A DNA stretch of 46,622 nt from Dehalococcoidia bacterium (GTDB lineage Bacteria > Chloroflexota > Dehalococcoidia > GIF9 > AB-539-J10). The translations under genes were made by a program, and so were the position numbers. Each line of letters opens with the position of its first letter. The first letter of the stretch is position 1. The DNA lies in NCBI GenBank assembly GCA_029857995.1, contig JAOUFZ010000001.1, positions 1 through 46,622 on the forward strand, given 5' to 3'. The notes below the pieces were generated by a model that was not told where the DNA came from, searched no databases, and worked only from the letters and a program-made list of their open reading frames with translations. Shown piece after piece: positions 42,746-46,622 of this stretch.

Positions 42746-44539
42746 TTGCTGAAAAGCCATAACTGCGGGGAACTAAGGGAAGAGCATGCCGCACAGAAAG
42801 TCACTTTAGCTGGCTGGGTGCACCGGCGTCGTGACCATGGCGGGAAGGTATTCATCGACCTGCGTGACCGAGAAGGCATAGTTCAGGTCGTGTTCAATCC
42901 CCAGATATCACAAGGAGCATACGAGGTAGCTGGTTCGCTCCGCAGTGAGTATGTAGTTCAGGTCACCGGGGAAGTTGCCACCCGCCCTAAAGGGACGGAG
43001 AATCGTAAACTGGCTACTGGAGATATTGAGGTCATAGCCAAAGAGGCTGTCATCCTTAATCCATCAAAAACACCGCCATTTTACATAAGTGAAGATGAGG
43101 AAGTTGAAGAATCGCTTTGCCTCAAAAACCGCTACCTGTACCTGAGAAGACCCAGGCTGAAGGATAATCTCATTCTACGCCACAAGGTGATAAAGTTTAT
43201 TCGTGATTTTCTGGATGCTAGGGGATTTGTGGAAATTGAGACACCCATTTTGATTAAGAGCACGCCGGAGGGAGCGCGTGATTACCTTGTGCCCAGCCGT
43301 ATCAATCCTGGCAAGTTCTATGCTCTGCCTCAATCCCCGCAGCAACTTAAACAACTGCTCATGGTAGCTGGATTTGACAAGTACTTCCAGATAGCTCGTT
43401 GCTTCAGGGACGAAGACCTCCGAGCAGATCGGCAGCCTGAGTTCACCCAGCTTGACCTGGAGATGAGTTTCGTTGAGGCGCCGGACATATTGCGACTCAT
43501 GGAAGGACTATTTACCTCGCTTGTCAAGAGTGTCAAACCTGATATGCGATTAGTGGAGCCCTTTCCACGCCTTTCCTATAAAGAAGCGATGGAGAGATTT
43601 GGCACAGATAAACCGGATATAAGGTTTGGCTTAGAGATCAAGGACATATCCGATATCTCTGCTAACACCGACTTCCAGGTTTTTCGCTCGGCGCTCGACG
43701 ACAACGGCAAAGTGAAGGGCATATGTATCCCCGGTTGTGGCCACTATACTCGCCATCAACTTGATGAATTGATAGATCTAGCAAAGGGTTGCGGTGCCCA
43801 GGGTTTGATGACCATGGCTTTTACTGGGGACGCAGTGACTCTGGATGAGGTGAAATCGGCGGCTACGAAATATCTGACTCTTGGCCAGTTGCAAGGGATA
43901 GCCGATAGATTTGAAGCAAAGCCTGGTGACCTTTTGCTTATCGTGGCTGATAAGCTGGCGGTAGTCAACAAGACCCTGGATGAGCTACGCCGCCAGCTGG
44001 CACAGCGACTTAATTTAGGTGACGGTAGCCTGCTGGCTTTTGCCTTCGTAGTCGATTTCCCTTTTTTGGAATGGAACGAAGCTGAAAAGCGTTGGGAACC
44101 CATGCACCATCCGTTCACCGCTCCTCGATGGGAGGATGTGGCACTTCTTGATAGTGAACCGGCTAGAGTTCAGGGTCAACATTATGACGTAGTGTGTAAT
44201 GGCTGCGAACTTGGGAGCGGCAGCATTAGAATCCATAATCGTCAGTTTCAGGAAAGAGTATTTAGCCTCCTCGGTTACAGCAAAGAAGAAACAGAAAACC
44301 GATTTGGAGGTTTCTTAGAAGCACTGGAATATGGAGCACCGCCTCATGGCGGTATTGCCATAGGTCTGGACCGTTTAGTGATGTTACTGGCCGGGGAGCG
44401 GAGCATAAGGGAAGTTATCGCCTTCCCCAAGAATCAGAATGCCGTTGATGTGATGTTAGATAGCCCTTCTTATGTTGACAAGCATCAACTTGATGAGCTC
44501 AACCTTAAGCTAAAACGCGAGGTTCTCCGTTCGCAGTGA
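42746..44539 (+). CDS. aspS: aspartate--tRNA ligase (bacterial type)
   Basis: 597 aa with a TTG start. It has an OB anticodon domain and class II motifs ([35 protein letters not shown]). Confidence 0.95.
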   Translation: MLKSHNCGELREEHAAQKVTLAGWVHRRRDHGGKVFIDLRDREGIVQVVFNPQISQGAYEVAGSLRSEYVVQVTGEVATRPKGTENRKLATGDIEVIAKEAVILNPSKTPPFYISEDEEVEESLCLKNRYLYLRRPRLKDNLILRHKVIKFIRDFLDARGFVEIETPILIKSTPEGARDYLVPSRINPGKFYALPQSPQQLKQLLMVAGFDKYFQIARCFRDEDLRADRQPEFTQLDLEMSFVEAPDILRLMEGLFTSLVKSVKPDMRLVEPFPRLSYKEAMERFGTDKPDIRFGLEIKDISDISANTDFQVFRSALDDNGKVKGICIPGCGHYTRHQLDELIDLAKGCGAQGLMTMAFTGDAVTLDEVKSAATKYLTLGQLQGIADRFEAKPGDLLLIVADKLAVVNKTLDELRRQLAQRLNLGDGSLLAFAFVVDFPFLEWNEAEKRWEPMHHPFTAPRWEDVALLDSEPARVQGQHYDVVCNGCELGSGSIRIHNRQFQERVFSLLGYSKEETENRFGGFLEALEYGAPPHGGIAIGLDRLVMLLAGERSIREVIAFPKNQNAVDVMLDSPSYVDKHQLDELNLKLKREVLRSQ

Positions 44540-44552
44540 CAAGGAATCAGCC

Positions 44553-45845
44553 ATGAAAGTAAGCACGGAAGATTTGGAGAATTGCCGGATAGCTCTCAAT
44601 ATAGAGGCTGAGGCCAGTGAGTTAGATAAATCACTGGATGAGGCTTATCATCACCTCGTTAAGGAGGTGTCCGTACCTGGTTTCCGCAAAGGCAAGGCCC
44701 CTAGAGTCATTCTGGAGCAACACATAGGGAAGAGGGCTCTGTTGGAAGAGGCATTGGAGCATCTTGTACCTCAACTTTACAAGGAGGCGATACAATCGAA
44801 GGAGCTTGAACCCATTGCTGAACCGGAACTAGAGATTACTCAAACTGAGCCTCTGATTTTCAAGGCCACAGTGTCTCTCAAACCGGAAGTGAAGCTTGGC
44901 GACTACCAGGGCATAAGGCTGGATGCCAGCCCGGAAATAGAAGTCACCGACAAAGAAGTTGCCGCTGCCATGGAAGAGTTCCGGAAAGAACAAGGGGCAT
45001 GGGTCCCCGCAGACCGCCGGGCTGAGCTAGGTGATTTAGTTGCCATAAATGTCCAGGCCAAGGTGGACGGGAAACCCTGGTTGGATCACAAAGACATATT
45101 GTATGAGATGGACAAGGACTCACGTTCACCTGTGCCGGGATTCGCTTCTTGCCTGCAGGGCGCTGAAAAGAATAAGGAAAAGACCTTCAATTTGACCATT
45201 CCCGATGACTATCCTATTAAGGAAATGCGCAGCAAGGAAGCCAGTTTCAGAGTCACTGTTAGTGAGGTAAAGGAGAAACAGTTGCCAGAGCTTAACGATG
45301 AATTGGCTAAAGGTGCCGGCTATGGTGGATTGGAGGATATGAAGGAGAAGGTGGCTGCTCATTTAAGAACCAAAGCTGAGGCTAGAAATCGTTTGGAGTT
45401 GAAGCAAAAAGCGCTTGACGCTCTAGTGGAAATGAGCGAGGTGAACTACCCCCCTATTTTGGAGGATGAGGAAATTGACGGACTCCTCAGAAGCGAGGCA
45501 CAGCGCTTGGGTTTCAAAGAGATAGCCGATTACCTGAAGAGGGCTAGTAAAACGGAGGAGGAAATCAGACAAGAGCTGCGTCCTATGGCAAAGAAGCGTC
45601 TTGTTCAAGGTCTTGTCTTAGGGAAACTGGCTGATGAGGAAAAAGTTGAAATTGGTGCCTCAGAGGTGGATAATAAGATAGATGCGATTGCCAATGATGC
45701 TGGGGACAAGGAGAAAGCAAGGCAGTTCTTCTCACTGCCTCAGTTTAAGCAGTCAATTGAGCAGTCGTTGCGTACTCAGAAGACGATGGACCGATTATTG
45801 CAGATAGCTATTGGCGATATTAAAGATATTACAAAGGGGGAATGA
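44553..45845 (+). CDS. tig: trigger factor
   Basis: 430 aa. It has the ribosome-binding signature GFRKGKAP and an FKBP-type middle domain. Confidence 0.95.
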   Translation: MKVSTEDLENCRIALNIEAEASELDKSLDEAYHHLVKEVSVPGFRKGKAPRVILEQHIGKRALLEEALEHLVPQLYKEAIQSKELEPIAEPELEITQTEPLIFKATVSLKPEVKLGDYQGIRLDASPEIEVTDKEVAAAMEEFRKEQGAWVPADRRAELGDLVAINVQAKVDGKPWLDHKDILYEMDKDSRSPVPGFASCLQGAEKNKEKTFNLTIPDDYPIKEMRSKEASFRVTVSEVKEKQLPELNDELAKGAGYGGLEDMKEKVAAHLRTKAEARNRLELKQKALDALVEMSEVNYPPILEDEEIDGLLRSEAQRLGFKEIADYLKRASKTEEEIRQELRPMAKKRLVQGLVLGKLADEEKVEIGASEVDNKIDAIANDAGDKEKARQFFSLPQFKQSIEQSLRTQKTMDRLLQIAIGDIKDITKGE

Positions 45846-46450
45846 TGGAAACAAAATTTCAAGTGGTAATTCCGACGGTGACCGAAACCAGTGCCCGAGG
45901 TGAGCGTATTTTCGACATATATTCTCTCTTGCTGAGGGAGAGAATCGTTTTTCTGGGCACACCGATCAATGACCAGATAGCCAATCTCATTATTGCTCAG
46001 CTCCTCTATTTGGAGAGGGAAGACCCTGAAAAGGACATAAACCTTTATGTTCATTGTCCCGGCGGCATTATCAGTGCTGGCTTAGCTATTTACGATACTA
46101 TGCAGATTCTTCGCTGCCCGATATCCACTATTTGTGTTGGTCTGGCAGCCAGCATGGGTACCGTGCTTCTTTGTGCTGGGACTAAAGGGAAGAGGTACGC
46201 TTTACCGAATTCGACCATACATCTGCACCAGGCGGTTGGGGGTGCTCAGGGGCAGGCGGCTGACATTGAAATTGCCGCCAGAGAAATAATGAGGATGCAG
46301 GAGATGATACGTAACATCATAGCTAAACACACCGGCCAGCCGGTGGAAAAGATTGCCCACGACACCGACCGAGACTTCTATCTGAGCGCCGAACAAGCGG
46401 TGGAATACGGCATCGTAGACGAAATACTGAGCAAGCCAGCCAAGAAGTAG
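45842..46450 (+). CDS. clpP: ATP-dependent Clp protease proteolytic subunit
   Basis: 202 aa. It has [14 protein letters not shown], the active-site Ser in GLAASMG, and HQ. Confidence 0.95.
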   Translation: MMETKFQVVIPTVTETSARGERIFDIYSLLLRERIVFLGTPINDQIANLIIAQLLYLEREDPEKDINLYVHCPGGIISAGLAIYDTMQILRCPISTICVGLAASMGTVLLCAGTKGKRYALPNSTIHLHQAVGGAQGQAADIEIAAREIMRMQEMIRNIIAKHTGQPVEKIAHDTDRDFYLSAEQAVEYGIVDEILSKPAKK

Positions 46451-46575
46451 AATAGGGGCACTGCCGCTAGCAACACCCAGAATCTCGGGCAGGTAGATGC
46501 GCCCCGGGAGTGTTGGCTGTAAGAGCTGAAAAGCTCCTTGGCTTCAATCGATAGAATGATGGTTGGGATGGTAGA

Positions 46576-46622
46576 CTGGACGAAAACGAGTGCTGCAGTT
46601 TATGCTGCCGGTCAAGCATCAG
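46576..46622 (+). CDS. clpX: possible 5' end of clpX (runs off the right edge); start codon unresolved
   Basis: One frame reads ...RLDENECCSLCCRSSI. CSLC.RS resembles the ClpX zinc-binding CSFCGKS motif, and tig-clpP-clpX synteny is common. The only start-like codon in that frame after the stop at 46552 is CTG 46576. Confidence 0.25.
   Translation, partial: MDENECCSLCCRSSI

Noticed and set aside
1-46622. Window-wide look for defence, toxin-antitoxin, prophage, secondary-metabolite or CRISPR-Cas systems, and for tRNA/rRNA/tmRNA/SRP RNA genes
   Set aside because: Every ORF of 100 aa or more not explained as an antisense shadow has a confident housekeeping or transport/hydrolase assignment. 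No nuclease-helicase-ATPase clusters or integrases are present. No spaced repeats, cloverleaf-like segments or conserved RNA motifs were seen in the intergenic regions.

Overview
The window is a 46.6 kb block of mostly core housekeeping genes, with about 46 protein genes tightly packed on both strands. I found no rRNA, tRNA, CRISPR array, intact transposase or integrase, and no recognisable defence or toxin system.

Gene content:
- Translation and RNA modification: metG, ileS, alaS, aspS, rpsF-ssb-rpsR-rpmH, rnpA, rsmI, tsaB, tsaE, rsfS.
- Membrane-protein insertion: yidD, yidC, jag.
- Proteostasis: ftsH, an HtrA-like protease, tig, clpP, sppA.
- Nucleotide and cofactor metabolism: ndk, pyrG, thiL.
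- Others: rho, and the shikimate genes aroE, aroC and a fused aroK-aroB.

The gene order, the frequent TTG/GTG starts and the short YidC make me guess a Chloroflexota/Dehalococcoidia-like genome. That is inference only.

I cannot honestly point to a novel multi-gene system. These observations deserve a second look:
1. A 28-nt hairpin-type repeat family has 4-5 copies. Two lie in frame, in different reading frames, inside aroC and the aroB domain. Three cluster in a 790-bp non-coding region.
2. A frameshifted GIY-YIG nuclease gene is bracketed by a perfect 12-bp inverted repeat.
3. An approximately 8 kb GC-richer minus-strand block (Opp/Dpp-type peptide ABC transporter, MBL hydrolase, class-C beta-lactamase-fold hydrolase) splits the aro genes.
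4. A tandem acyl-CoA dehydrogenase pair has one member lacking the FAD-binding and catalytic-Glu motifs.
5. A PaaI-thioesterase/HAD-phosphatase fusion is present.
6. A BamB-like PQQ beta-propeller lipoprotein is wedged between yidD and yidC.
7. Several start-site oddities appear: rsfS has no canonical start codon, and TGnTATAAT boxes sit just upstream of start codons.

All functional calls rest on motif recognition by eye. No database search was run.
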